A stretch of 64,000 nt of DNA from an uncultured Verrucomicrobiae bacterium (GCA_963756875.1 CAVWPA010000003.1:1312001-1376000); one strand, 5' to 3'. Shown: positions 22,583-33,212, counted from the first letter of the stretch. Notes: generated by a model not told the origin, from the letters alone. Made by a program: numbers and translations.

Positions 22583-23101
22583 ATGTTTACACGAATCTTT
22601 CTCGGTCTTCTTTTAATCACATTGGCTTTTTCCTCCGCGCCGGCGGTTCGGGCAGCGGGCTCCGAGCCGAGCGAGGCGTCGGTCAAGCAGTTGATCGGTA
22701 TCATGCAACTGCACAAATCGCTCGATTCGTTGGTGGCGCAGATGAATAAGATCATGGAGACCGCGGCAGAGCAGGCCAGCCAGGGTCAGCCGCTTTCGAC
22801 TGTTGCGAAGGCGAGCCTGGATAGATGCCGCACCGACGTGCATACGTTAATAAGACACGATGTTTCCTGGGAGAAAATGGAGCCGGTTTACATCAAGATC
22901 TATCAAAACACGTTCAACCAGAGTGAAGTCGACGCCATGATCGCCTTTTACAAGACTCCCGTGGGCCAAAATGTCGTCACCAAGCTGCCAGTCGCCATGC
23001 AGAACGCGCAGAACGAAACGATGCAAACGATGCGTCCGATGATGGAGCGGATTAAGCAGATGCAACAGGAAGTGGCGGCGGCAGCGCAGGGTTCGCACTA
23101 A
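22583..23101 (+). CDS. DUF2059 domain secreted protein
   Basis: Signal peptide and IYQNTFNQSEVDAMIAFYKTPVGQ. Confidence 0.9.
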   Translation: MFTRIFLGLLLITLAFSSAPAVRAAGSEPSEASVKQLIGIMQLHKSLDSLVAQMNKIMETAAEQASQGQPLSTVAKASLDRCRTDVHTLIRHDVSWEKMEPVYIKIYQNTFNQSEVDAMIAFYKTPVGQNVVTKLPVAMQNAQNETMQTMRPMMERIKQMQQEVAAAAQGSH

Positions 23102-23142
23102 GGCGCAGGGGCGGAGAGCAAAGGGCCAAGGGCAAGGGCTAA

Positions 23143-23295
23143 GGGGTAAGGGCTCGCCACGGCGAGTAAACTGCGAGCGAAGAGGTAAGAGCACGGAGCT
23201 AGGAGCACGGAGGCGGAAAACGCCGAACGCCGAAGACCAGAAGTCAGAAGTCGGAGGCGCTCAACGTATCGAGCATCCAGTATCCAGTATCCAGT
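23143..23295 (+). repeat. long modular repeat, copy downstream of the DUF2059 gene
   Basis: GGGGTAAGGGCTCGCCACGGCGAGTAAACTGCGAGCGAAGAGGTAAGAGCACGGAGCTAGGAGCACGGAGGCGGAAAACGCCGAA. Confidence 0.85.
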
Positions 23296-23364
23296 GTCGG
23301 CCACAGACTGACTCTCAACTAAAGGAGGCTTGCCGTCCGTTCTCTCAGCTATCAACTTCTCCCA

Positions 23365-25855
23365 ATGCGTGGTTTTTATCTCGGGGTTGTCTTTGCGGTT
23401 CTCGTTTCGTCATCGGCTTATGCCGACAAGAAAAAGCAGCCTAACGAGAACGATGAAAATAAGCCGTTGCCCACGATTGCGCAGAAGACGCGCGGGATGC
23501 AGGCGATGCCGGGCTTCTTCAATATTTATTGGGATGCGCCCGCCGGGAAAGTGTGGCTCGAGATTCCGAAGTTCGATTCGGAATTTCTTTACGTTGTTTC
23601 GCTCGCGGCGGGTGTCGGTTCGAACGATATCGGATTGGATCGCGGGCAGTTCGGCGATCTGGAAAGCGAGGTACGTCCGGCCCGAGCACCTGGTAAAGTT
23701 CGAGCGCGTGGGACCAAAGGTCCTGTTCGTCGAGCGAAATCTCGCGTTTCGCGCGGTCACGAAAAACGTCGACGAAAAGCGCGCGGTCGAGGAAGCGTTT
23801 GCGCGCTCGGTGCTGTGGGGATTCAAGGTAGAAGCCGAAGAGAATGGGCGCGTCCTGGTCGACGCGACGCCGTTCCTGCTCAATGACGCGCACGGCGTCG
23901 CTGAGAAGCTGAAGGAGAAGAAACAGGGGAAATACAAAGTCGATGACGCGCGGTCGGCGATCTATCTCCCGTTCACGAAAAATTTCCCGAAGAACACGGA
24001 GTTTGAAGCGACGCTGACTTTTGCCGGTGAGCCGACCGGAAAATGGATAAAGTCCGTCACGCCCGTTCCCCAGGCGGTGACGGTGCGCGAGCATCATTCC
24101 TTCGTCGAGCTGCCGGACAATCAATATCAGCCACGCGCTTTCGATCCGCGTTGCGGCTATTTCATGATGAGCTACGCGGACTACGCGACGCCGATTCAGG
24201 ATCCGCTGGTGAAACGGTTCATTATCCGGCATCGCCTGCGCAAGAAGGATCCCAACGCGGCCATGAGCGAGCCGGTGCAACCGATCGTTTACTATGTCGA
24301 TTCCGGCGCGCCGGAACCGATCCGGTCGGCGTTGATCGAAGGCGCCTCGTGGTGGAACCAGGCATTCGAAGCGGCCGGCTACAAAAATGCGTTCCAGGTG
24401 AAGGTGTTGCCGGAAGGAGCCGATCCGATGGACCTGCGTTATAACGTGATCGAATGGGTGCACCGCTCGACGCGCGGCTGGTCGTACGGCAATGCGATCA
24501 TCGATCCAAGGACGGGCGAGATCATCAAGGGACAGGTGTCGTTAGGCTCGCTGCGTGTGCGGCAGGATTTTCTCATCGCGCAAGGGTTGGTGGAAGCTTA
24601 CGCCAACGGCGCGACGCCCGATCCGCGCCTGCTCGAATTGTCGCTGGCGCGGTTGCGGCAACTGGCGGCGCACGAAGTCGGCCACACGCTTGGATTGCAG
24701 CATAACTTTGCCGCCAGCACACAGGACCGCGCGTCGGTGATGGATTATCCGCCGCCGGTGGTGACCATTGATAAGAACGGCAACATCGATCTGAGCCACG
24801 CCTACGCGACCGGTATCGGCGCGTGGGACAAGCGAACGATTCTTTACGGTTACCAGGATTTTCCGCGCGGGACCAGTCAGTCGGCAGGGCTGGCGGCCAT
24901 TCTGAAGGAAAATATCGCGAAAGGTTTTCGTTATCTGACCGATGCCGATGCGCGGCCGCCGGGAAGCGCGAATCCTTTCGCGCACTTGTGGGACAACGGC
25001 GCATCGGCGACAGACGAATTGAATCGCCTCATCAAAGTGCGCGCGCTCGCTTTGGATCGCTTGAGCGAGAAGAACATTCCGCCGGGCGCGCCGGTGGCGA
25101 CGCTCGAAAACGTGCTGGTGCCGGTTTATTTGATGCATCGTTTCCAGGCCGAAGCTGCGACGAAACTGGTGGGTGGAGTGAATTACACCTACGCGGCGCG
25201 CGGTGATGGCCAAACGACAATGAACGAACCGCTTCCGCCGGACCAACAACGCGCCGCGCTCACCGCGGTGTTGCAAACTTTGCGGCCCGATTTTCTCGAG
25301 CTGCCGGCGAAACTGGTCGCGATGCTGCCGCCGCGGCCGCCCGGTTATCCGCGAGACCGCGAATTGTTCGATTCACACGACGGGCTGGTGTTCGATCCGC
25401 AGGCGGCGGCGGAAAGCTGGATCAATGCCGAACTGGATCTGTTGCTCAACCCGGAGCGTCTTTCGCGGATTGTTGCGCAGAACGCGAACGCGCCGAAAGG
25501 GCTTTCGTTGAACGAACTTTTCGACGCGGTTTTGCAAACCGCGGCGCGCACCGCCAAGCAAACAGGGCCGCAGAAAGAAATCGCGCGCGCGCTGGAAAAG
25601 CAGTTCCTGAATCATCTCCTCAAACTTGCGCTCAATCACGAAACCGAGCCGCAGGTCAACGCGTTTGCCTTGCAGCAGATCGCCGAGTTGGACGCGAAAT
25701 GGAAAGCGCGTTCATCGAACGATCCGGCGGAGAAGGCGCAGAATGCGTATTTGCTCTCGCAGATCGATCAGTTCCGGCGCGATCCGAAAGCGCTGGAGAT
25801 ACCGAAACCGCCGCGCATTCCGGATGGATCGCCGATTGGGGAGGCAAAGTGGTAA
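23365..25855 (+). CDS. secreted zinc-dependent metalloprotease (DUF5117/DUF4953 type), frameshift near 23670
   Basis: Signal peptide MRGFYLGVVFAVLVSSSAYA; AHEVGHTLGLQHNF zincin motif; ASVMDY Met-turn. Confidence 0.92.
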
Positions 25856-26148
25856 GGGCGAAGCGCGAAGCGCTAAGCGGTAAGGGGCAAGGGCGAAAGA
25901 GCTTGGAGCGGGGAGTAAGGAGCGAGGAGAGATTGCGGATTGCGGAGGGGATGTCGGAGATCTTGGAGCCGGCGCCAGGACTTCGCGCAACGCTATAGTT
26001 TACCAAGAGGCTGCCAGCTATGGGGAGCGGGGAGCAAACGCCGGACGTCGTTGTGGAAGGCGCAGCACCAGGGGCGTTTTGTCTATTCTATATATAAATT
26101 ATGGGATTTTCCAGAATTTCTGGCACGGATTTAGCAGTATTAGGACGC

Positions 26149-26403
26149 ATGGCCAGGGTTTTTGAAGGGGCAGGGGAAGACGCGGGGCACGAGTCTGCCG
26201 CGACGTTCAAGAGAATGTTTGTGACTCTGATCGTTCTTGGGATTGTGTATGCCTTTTGCGAAGGCCTGATGCTGACCGTGCTCACAACCCATCGAGCGCT
26301 CGGCTTGCTGTTTTTGAGTGCGATGACCGCCGCCTTTCTTTGGTGGCTCGCCCATTACGCGAATAGACGGGGCGTCGACGCGGAGAAGAAGAGCAAGGGC
26401 TAA
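26149..26403 (+). CDS. hypothetical two-helix membrane protein
   Basis: Two hydrophobic segments; start uncertain (26101 or 26149). Confidence 0.55.
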   Translation: MARVFEGAGEDAGHESAATFKRMFVTLIVLGIVYAFCEGLMLTVLTTHRALGLLFLSAMTAAFLWWLAHYANRRGVDAEKKSKG

Positions 26404-26601
26404 GGACAAAAAGGTAAGAGCGCGGAGCTAGGAGCACGGAGGCGGAAAAGGGCAAACGCCGAACGCCCAACTCCGAAAGCCTTCGCGAGCAGGCGCCCAA
26501 CGCCTGCCTCTACAGAAGAGAAGGGCGGAAGTCCGAGGAGGCTAAGGGCTGAAAGGGTTGGATATTTAGACGGTTCACGCGTTACTTCAACGCAAACGCG
26601 C

Positions 26602-27762
26602 GTGAAGGTAGGCGGACAACATTTTCGGACGATCTGGCTTAAGCCGGAAAATGAGCAGGTCGTGCAGTTGATCGATCAGAGATTTTTGCCGCACCGTTTC
26701 GTGATCGAGGAAGTCAGCACGGTTGCGCAGATGGCGACCGCAATCCGGGAAATGCATGTGCGGGGAGCGGGCTTGATCGGCGCGAGCGCTGGATACGGGA
26801 TGTACCTTGCGGCAATCGAGGCGGCAGGGAGCGATTCGTTTGATCAACACCTGGCCGACGCAGCGGTCCGACTTAAAGCTACCAGGCCGACAGCGGTGAA
26901 TCTGACATGGGCGGTTGAGCGGCAATTGACCAGTATCGCCAAAGGAAAGTCCGAGCTCGCCACCGGACGAGTCCGTCCGACTGGCGGACCGGACTGGCAC
27001 GATACGGCGCGGGAAAAGATTGATGTTGCTCTGCGCACAGCCAAAGAGATTGCCGAGCAAGATGAGGAACATTGCCGGATGATCGGGCAGCACGGTCTAA
27101 ATCTCATCGAGGAGATTGCCCGGAAGAAGGAAGGGAAGCCGGTCAATGTCTTGACGCATTGCAACGCCGGATGGCTGGCGTTTGTGGATTACGGGTCCGC
27201 TCTGGCGCCCGTTTACGCCGCTTACGATCGCGGTTTAGCGGTTCATGTATGGGTCGACGAAACCCGGCCACGAAACCAGGGATCCAAGCTCACCGCCTGG
27301 GAACTGGGTCAACATGGTGTGCCGCATACGATCATCGCGGACAACGCCGGCGGGCATTTGATGCAGCGTGGGGCGGTCGATCTTGTGATTGTCGGATCGG
27401 ATCGAACCACCTGCACCGGAGACGTGGCGAACAAGATCGGAACGTATCTGAAGGCGCTGGCTGCGCACGACAACGAGATTCCTTTCTACGTGGCGTTGCC
27501 TTCATCTTCATTTGACTGGACCATCCGCAACGGCTCCGAAATTCCGATCGAGGAACGCGGCGCAGAAGAGATCAAGCGCGCTGACGGCTGGCGGAACGGC
27601 CAAATGCTGGAGGTCAGCGTTGCGCCGGAAGGCAGTCCCGCGGCGAACTATGGATTCGACGTGACGCCGCGACGCCTGGTGACCGGGCTCATTACCGAGC
27701 GGGGCGTTTGTAAAGCCAACGAAAAAGGCATCCTCGAACTTTTTCCCGAGCACGCGTCGTGA
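26602..27762 (+). CDS. mtnA: S-methyl-5-thioribose-1-phosphate isomerase
   Basis: DQRFLP, MHVRGAGLIG, TRPTAVNL, LTHCNAGWLA, DETRPRNQG, GDVANKIGTY, FDVTP. Confidence 0.95.
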   Translation: MKVGGQHFRTIWLKPENEQVVQLIDQRFLPHRFVIEEVSTVAQMATAIREMHVRGAGLIGASAGYGMYLAAIEAAGSDSFDQHLADAAVRLKATRPTAVNLTWAVERQLTSIAKGKSELATGRVRPTGGPDWHDTAREKIDVALRTAKEIAEQDEEHCRMIGQHGLNLIEEIARKKEGKPVNVLTHCNAGWLAFVDYGSALAPVYAAYDRGLAVHVWVDETRPRNQGSKLTAWELGQHGVPHTIIADNAGGHLMQRGAVDLVIVGSDRTTCTGDVANKIGTYLKALAAHDNEIPFYVALPSSSFDWTIRNGSEIPIEERGAEEIKRADGWRNGQMLEVSVAPEGSPAANYGFDVTPRRLVTGLITERGVCKANEKGILELFPEHAS

Positions 27763-28364
27763 GCGAAACGGGCTCAGTAAAGTTCACATGCCAACAGGTG
27801 GCGGCGGAGAGCCCCCGCTTCGCCGGATTTGCCGAACTGAACAAATGCCGGCGCAAACTTCTTGAACTTGGGATGATCGGCGTGGATGCGAGTGGCGTCG
27901 GTTTTGGAAATCTAAGTATACGAGACGGCGCGACCTCGTGGTTTTACATCACAGGCTCGGCAACCGGAGGGATCGCCGAGCTCACTGCGGCGGATTATGC
28001 GAAAGTGGTTGCTTACGATTTCGCGAGGAACTGGCTCCAGTGCGAGGGATCCACAGTTGCGTCATCGGAGTCGCTTACACATGCGGCTGTTTACGAATCG
28101 GATCCAACCGCTCGCGCGGTGATTCATTGTCATGACATGAAGTTATGGGCGGCGCTTCTGGACAAAGCTCCGACGACGCCGAAGAAGCTGGACTATGGGA
28201 CACCCGAAATGGCCTACGCGGTTCGGCATCTTTTCGGCGTCACAGATGTGAAAAGGAGAAAGATTTTTGTTATGGCGGGGCATGATGGAGGTGTGGTGAC
28301 GTTTGGGAGAGATCTGCAAGACGCATTTCGAACCTTGATGCGCTCCGGCGGGCGAAGCCTCTGA
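27759..28364 (+). CDS. class II aldolase/adducin family protein (possible MtnB-type dehydratase)
   Basis: GNLSIR, ASSESLTHAAVY, AVIHCH, AGHDGG; overlaps the mtnA stop. Confidence 0.85.
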   Translation: MSETGSVKFTCQQVAAESPRFAGFAELNKCRRKLLELGMIGVDASGVGFGNLSIRDGATSWFYITGSATGGIAELTAADYAKVVAYDFARNWLQCEGSTVASSESLTHAAVYESDPTARAVIHCHDMKLWAALLDKAPTTPKKLDYGTPEMAYAVRHLFGVTDVKRRKIFVMAGHDGGVVTFGRDLQDAFRTLMRSGGRSL

Positions 28365-28402
28365 AGTCGGAAGTCAGACGTCGGCCGAGAAAGTTTTGAG
28401 TT

Positions 28403-28840
28403 TTAAGCGGCGGAAGCTCGGGAGCTGACGGTGAGGTGCTCGCTGGGAATCGTGTTTTCGCTTTCTGTCTCTGCTTCTTCTTCCTGCTGGAGTGTTCGAG
28501 CGACGGCGTCGAGCATTGCCTCGAGCCGTTCCAGACGCACCGGTTTTGCCAGGAGAGCCATGGCGCCCGATTTGTCCGTTTCGTACGACGGCGACCATCC
28601 TGAAACGAGAATGATGCGAGCCGAGGGATCCCTGGCCAGAATGTTGCGGCACGCGGTCGCTCCGTTGAGTCTCGGCATCAGGTAATCCATCAACACGACA
28701 TCCGGATGATGCCGGGTGTAGCCCAGGATAGCTTCCAAGCCGGAACCGACCACCTCCACCACTTCGTGGTTACAGTAGCCAACAAGCTCCGCCAGTGAAG
28801 TTCCCACGCTTCTTTGATCGTCGGCGATCAACACCCGCAT
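28403..28840 (-). CDS. single-domain response regulator
   Basis: MRVLIADD, PDVVLMDYLMPRLNG, LVSG, LAKP. Confidence 0.9.
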   Translation of the reverse strand: MRVLIADDQRSVGTSLAELVGYCNHEVVEVVGSGLEAILGYTRHHPDVVLMDYLMPRLNGATACRNILARDPSARIILVSGWSPSYETDKSGAMALLAKPVRLERLEAMLDAVARTLQQEEEAETESENTIPSEHLTVSSRASAA

Positions 28841-28877
28841 ACAGCTTTTTGCAGAAGCTTCCGTGCCAAGCCCGCCG

Positions 28878-29155
28878 GGGGTAAGAGGTAAGGGCAAAGG
28901 GGGAGGCGTTCGCCACGGCGGACGCGGTTATCCGTAATCTGTTATTGGTTATCGGGAAGCAGACGCGGGAAGTCGGATGGCGGAGAAGCAAACGCCTCTC
29001 CGAGCCGTATGGCTCTACGAGCAGGAGGCGAACACTCAACTCCGAAAGCCTTCGCCCACCGCGGCGGGCAGGCTGAGCAGGCGTCCAACCTTAAATACAG
29101 ATCAGAGGTCTCGCCACGGCGAGTGAACTGCGGTCGGAAACCGGACGTCGAAAGT
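28878..29155 (+). repeat. modular intergenic repeat array
   Basis: GGTAAGAGGTAAGGGC, GGTTATC tandems, CTCCGAGCCGTATGGCTC and TCGCCACGGCGAGTGAACTGCG modules. Confidence 0.8.
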
Positions 29156-29182
29156 AGACTGACGCTTTTTCCGGTCTGCTGT

Positions 29183-30160
29183 TTATCTTATCATTCTCGG
29201 CGACGGCGACGGCGTTGGTTTGCCCTTGGTCTGTGGCGTCCTCATCCTTGTCGATCTGGTATGCGAAACGGAATTGCCAGACTGCGTCGGCGTAGCGTGT
29301 GTGCGTAACCTTCTCCGCGGCTTCGGAGTCGACTTTACATTACGGAGCGGACGCTTTGTGTGACTCGGAGTCGGCGTCTGACGGACTCTAACGGGAACTC
29401 CTGTGATTCCCGGCGGCTGGTTTGGCGTCGGCGTGCGGCGCACAGGCGGCGGGAGCGTTGGCGTTGGCGTTGGAGTCCAATTCGGCCGTGTGGGCGTGGG
29501 CGTCGGCTGACGTCTCGGCGGAGTTGGCGTTGGCGTCGGCGTGCGTTCGGGCGGAGTAGGAGTAGGAGTGGGAGTGGGCCGGTGGCAGGGAGGAGGGCAC
29601 GGTAGCGGGAACCACCAGCAGGGAGGCGGCTCGCGCGGACACGGAGGGTGCCTGCCCGGCGGGCCATGCCATTTGTAACAACCACAATTGCTTTCCCACC
29701 ACCAACCGCCGCCCTCTTGAATCCAAACCCATTGACAACAGACGTACGACCATTGCCCGCCAGCCACGGGGATCGGCGTCAGCAAAAAGGCGTGTTTAGC
29801 GCCGTTCGTAGTGATTCCTTCGCCCACGATGAGGCAGGAATCGTTGATCGTCTTCGCTACCGTAAGGACACGAAAATCGCTTTTCGAAAGGTCGCACAGC
29901 GTGTTGAGATCAAACATTTGGCCGTTGGCATAAAGGAACGCGTGTTCAGAGTTGTCGTTCGTGGTCGATGATCCAACGATCATCCCAGCTGCGTTGGTGC
30001 CCTGCGCGGTGATGCCGTTGGCCGTGCTGGTAGCTCCACCGAGTGTTCCCAGATCGACGACGTCGTAGCTTTCACTTACGACCGTTTGCGCCTGTGCTCG
30101 GCTGAAAGCCAAGAGGAGGAGGAATATTGCTGCAAAACCGACTTTGTTTTTCGCTTTCAT
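29183..30160 (-). CDS. secreted HAF-repeat protein with a Cys/Trp-rich segment and a Pro/Thr tail
   Basis: Signal peptide, VDLGTLGG, EHAFLY, DLNTL, KHAFLLTP, then PTPTP repeats. Confidence 0.8.
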   Translation of the reverse strand: MKAKNKVGFAAIFLLLLAFSRAQAQTVVSESYDVVDLGTLGGATSTANGITAQGTNAAGMIVGSSTTNDNSEHAFLYANGQMFDLNTLCDLSKSDFRVLTVAKTINDSCLIVGEGITTNGAKHAFLLTPIPVAGGQWSYVCCQWVWIQEGGGWWWESNCGCYKWHGPPGRHPPCPREPPPCWWFPLPCPPPCHRPTPTPTPTPPERTPTPTPTPPRRQPTPTPTRPNWTPTPTPTLPPPVRRTPTPNQPPGITGVPVRVRQTPTPSHTKRPLRNVKSTPKPRRRLRTHATPTQSGNSVSHTRSTRMRTPQTKGKPTPSPSPRMIR

Positions 30161-30375
30161 GGCAGTGGTCCGTCTTAATCCGACTTACCCAGTGGTTGCC
30201 CCTGTAAGCTTCGGCGTTACGTTTATGCTTCGGCTTCAGATTTGTCAATTCCTTTGCCGAGGCCGGAGGTCGGACGTCGGACGAAAGAAGACAGAGATAG
30301 CAAAAGCAAACGCAAACGCCGAACGGCGGTCCGGCAGCTGCCGGACCGTGGCTACAACTGAAACCGAAAGTCTGC

Positions 30376-30816
30376 CTAACTGCTCGGGGGAGTGGTCGAT
30401 TGGCTGCCGAGACTTTGCAGGAGCGACGGGATCAGACTGGCCAGGCCTTGTTGATGGTCGGCATTGGGATCGATCTTTCCCGCAGGCGTCAGTTTATCGA
30501 CAACTTTGGGAAGGTATTCAGCCAGAAACTGCGAGGCTTGGTTTGGATCGACGCCCAGTTTTGCGGCGAGCGCCCTGACCTGGTCCGACCCAAGCACCTT
30601 TTGGATTTGATCGCTGGAAATCGGCTGGTTTTGTCCGGTGCCGACCCAGGAACTAAATGTGTTCCCATGACCGGCTTGCGAAAATTTGCTCATCAGGCCT
30701 TGCAGCCCACCGCTCTGTTCGAGGAGGCCGCCCAAAACTCCGACGATTGGGTTCGTGCCGCCGGGGGCTCCAGTCTGCCCGCTCACTGCGCCGAGTATTG
30801 AATCGAGTAATCCCAC
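30376..30816 (-). CDS. YidB/DUF937 family protein
   Basis: GGLQGLMSKF...SWVGTGQNQPIS...LPKVVDKLTP. Confidence 0.9.
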   Translation of the reverse strand: MGLLDSILGAVSGQTGAPGGTNPIVGVLGGLLEQSGGLQGLMSKFSQAGHGNTFSSWVGTGQNQPISSDQIQKVLGSDQVRALAAKLGVDPNQASQFLAEYLPKVVDKLTPAGKIDPNADHQQGLASLIPSLLQSLGSQSTTPPSS

Positions 30817-30911
30817 AACTTTGTTCCTTTCTTGGTTGATTGGTTTAGCAATGAAAATCGTACCAAAAGGGCGAACTGTCTATCTGTCATCCGGATTCAG
30901 AGATTTGAGGA

Positions 30912-32030
30912 TCAGCGCGATTGTGAAAGTGTCGGCGATGTAAATCCAGAACTAAACGGCAACGCACGTTCGTACCAGCGTTTTGAGCCGACGCAGGCGC
31001 GGCACACCGAGAGCATCACCGGCACCTCGACAAGCACACCTACGGCCACGGCCAGGGCGGCAGGGCTGGTCGCGCCGAAGAGCGTGATCGCCACTGCGAC
31101 GGCCAGCTCGAAGAAGTTGCTTGCACCGATGAGCGCGCCAGGGGTCGCGACGTTGTGCCGCACCTTGAACAAGCGCATGAGCAGGTAGGTGAGACTCGAG
31201 TTAAAATAAATCTGAATCAGAATGGGGATTGCCAGCAGCACGACCGCGAACCAGTTGTTGAGGATGTTCTCGGCTTGAAAGGCGAAGATCAAAACCAGCG
31301 TTCCAAGCAGCGCCACGATAGTCACAGGCCGGAACTTCGGCAGGAAAATCAAATCGAACCACGCGATACCTTTGCTGTTGATAAGCATGCTTCGACTGAT
31401 CCATCCGGCGGCCAAAGGAATCACGATGAATACCAGCACCGAAATGAACAGCACATGGCCGGGGATGTGGACGCCGGTGACGCCGACGAGGAACATCACG
31501 ATCGGCGCAAAGGCAAAGACCATGATGAGGTCGTTTACCGCTACTTGCGCCAGTGTGTAAGCTCCGTCGCCATCGGTCAGATAACTCCAAACGAACACCA
31601 TCGCCGTGCACGGTGCCGCCGCGAGGATGATCAATCCGGCGATGTAATTGCCTGCGGTTTGCGCATCGAACAATCCGAGCCAGCCGGAGAAAATCATCTT
31701 CACGAACACCCATCCCAACAGCGCCATGCTGAAAGGCTTGATCAGCCAGTTAACGAACAAGGTAATGAATAACCCTTTCGGCCGGGCGAACACACCCTTG
31801 ATGCCGCCGAAATCAATCTTGAGCATCATCGGATAGATCATCAGCCAGATCAGAATCGCGATGACGATGTTGACGTGGGAATCACTGCCAAACTCCCAGT
31901 GCGCGAGCGCAGTGGTGACATTCGGCAGGAGCTTGCCGAGGGCGAGTCCTGCCGCCATGCACAGCAGGACCCAGAACGACAGGTTCCGCTCGAAAAAGTC
32001 GAGGTGTCTGGGCGCATGTGCTGTAATCAT
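30912..32030 (-). CDS. acr3: ACR3-family arsenite efflux transporter
   Basis: IWLMIYPMM, NWLIKPFSM, APCTAMVFVWS, GASNFFELAVAVA, GVLVEVPVM. Confidence 0.95.
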   Translation of the reverse strand: MITAHAPRHLDFFERNLSFWVLLCMAAGLALGKLLPNVTTALAHWEFGSDSHVNIVIAILIWLMIYPMMLKIDFGGIKGVFARPKGLFITLFVNWLIKPFSMALLGWVFVKMIFSGWLGLFDAQTAGNYIAGLIILAAAPCTAMVFVWSYLTDGDGAYTLAQVAVNDLIMVFAFAPIVMFLVGVTGVHIPGHVLFISVLVFIVIPLAAGWISRSMLINSKGIAWFDLIFLPKFRPVTIVALLGTLVLIFAFQAENILNNWFAVVLLAIPILIQIYFNSSLTYLLMRLFKVRHNVATPGALIGASNFFELAVAVAITLFGATSPAALAVAVGVLVEVPVMLSVCRACVGSKRWYERALPFSSGFTSPTLSQSR

Positions 32031-32122
32031 GGGCGCCGAGATGAAATTGGAATCCTGCTGATTGTCTCGCTGGCCGATCACTTCGCCCCCGGAAACCTGA
32101 GAAGGGCCAGATGTGTTCCTGC

Positions 32123-32144
32123 TATTTGGCATAATGTCCAAGTA
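32123..32144. promoter_or_regulatory. second putative ArsR operator, upstream of acr3
   Basis: TATTTGGC-ataatg-TCCAAGTA, a degenerate copy of the palindrome at 32491. Confidence 0.6.
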
Positions 32145-32165
32145 ATGAAGTGGGAGCTGAAAGGA

Positions 32166-32489
32166 TCATGCGGCAGCCCTCCCGCGCGATCGCGTCCGCG
32201 TTCGGACGATCAGATCCACGCAGCGGAAGAACTCCAGCAGGCACGGGCAACGCAAGCGATAAAACTGGTTGAGGCCGCGCTTCTCCACCTCAACCAGTCC
32301 GACCTCCTTCATCACCGCAAGGTGCTTGGAGACTGTGGACATGTCGGCAGCAACGAGCTCGGTAAGTTCGTTGACGCATTTTTCACCGTCGGTGAGCGCT
32401 TCCGCGATGAGAACACGAGACGGATGAGCGAGCGCCTTGATGACTGCGGCGCGTCTCTTCGTGCGAGCGCCTATCGAAGCAAGTTTCAT
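32166..32489 (-). CDS. arsR: ArsR/SmtB family transcriptional regulator
   Basis: KALAHPSR, EKCVNEL, STVSKHLAVM, C-terminal CPC...C. Confidence 0.9.
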   Translation of the reverse strand: MKLASIGARTKRRAAVIKALAHPSRVLIAEALTDGEKCVNELTELVAADMSTVSKHLAVMKEVGLVEVEKRGLNQFYRLRCPCLLEFFRCVDLIVRTRTRSRGRAAA

Positions 32490-32490
32490 A

Positions 32491-32520
32491 AAAGTATTTG
32501 GCATATACGCCAAATACTTT
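32491..32520. promoter_or_regulatory. putative ArsR operator (perfect 12-bp inverted repeat)
   Basis: AAAGTATTTGGC-atatac-GCCAAATACTTT immediately upstream of the arsR ATG. Confidence 0.8.
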
Positions 32521-32828
32521 GCGCGTCAACCGTTGTTTTGCCCGGTCACCACGCCTGCGCCGCCGACCTTCCCCGACTGCTAAGTCCCCGATGCTCGACT
32601 CCGCTTAGGGGTCAGTTGGAAAATGCACCGACTATTACCGTGAATCCAATGGCAAGCCCATAAAAGGAATTGTTTGCCGTGTCCGTGGAAGTCCATCCCA
32701 AAGAGACGCTTAGACGGGTCTTGACCTGGGAGATTGCTCCCCTTCATGATTGGCTCTTACTCGCCCGGCGGGCAATTACCGCCTTTTTTCCGAATCGAAA
32801 CTAGAACCAAGAACAGAAAGGAAAAGTT

Positions 32829-33212
32829 ATGGGATTATTCAGCAATCTGATGTCGAAAATATTTAGTCATGCGGCCCCGGCCGCGGCCACCGCTGCCGGA
32901 ACGCAAGCAGCCGCGCCAGCGCCAGCAGGCGCGGGGCCTGCTCCCGCGGCACCGGCGGTGGATGTGGCTGCCATTCTCAACGGGTTGGCCGCCAAGAATC
33001 CGGAAAAACTGGATTGGAAACACTCGATCGTGGACCTCATGAAACTGGTGGGGATGGATAGCAGCCTTGGGGCGCGGAAGGAACTGGCCAAGGACTTGAA
33101 TTACAGTGGCGACATGAATGATTCCGCCTCGATGAATATCTGGTTGCACAAAGAGGTGATGAAGAAGTTGGCGGAAAATGGCGGGAAAGTGCCGCCAGAA
33201 CTTCTGGGGTAG
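32829..33212 (+). CDS. DUF3597 domain protein
   Basis: LDWKHSIVDLMKLVGMDSSL.ARKELA...DSASMNIWLHK. Confidence 0.92.
   Translation: MGLFSNLMSKIFSHAAPAAATAAGTQAAAPAPAGAGPAPAAPAVDVAAILNGLAAKNPEKLDWKHSIVDLMKLVGMDSSLGARKELAKDLNYSGDMNDSASMNIWLHKEVMKKLAENGGKVPPELLG

Noticed and set aside
22173..23355. Short ORFs such as MLDAGCSMLDAR and MLLPLRSQFTRRGEPLPL that recur between genes
   Set aside because: They are translations of the intergenic repeat modules, not a protein family.
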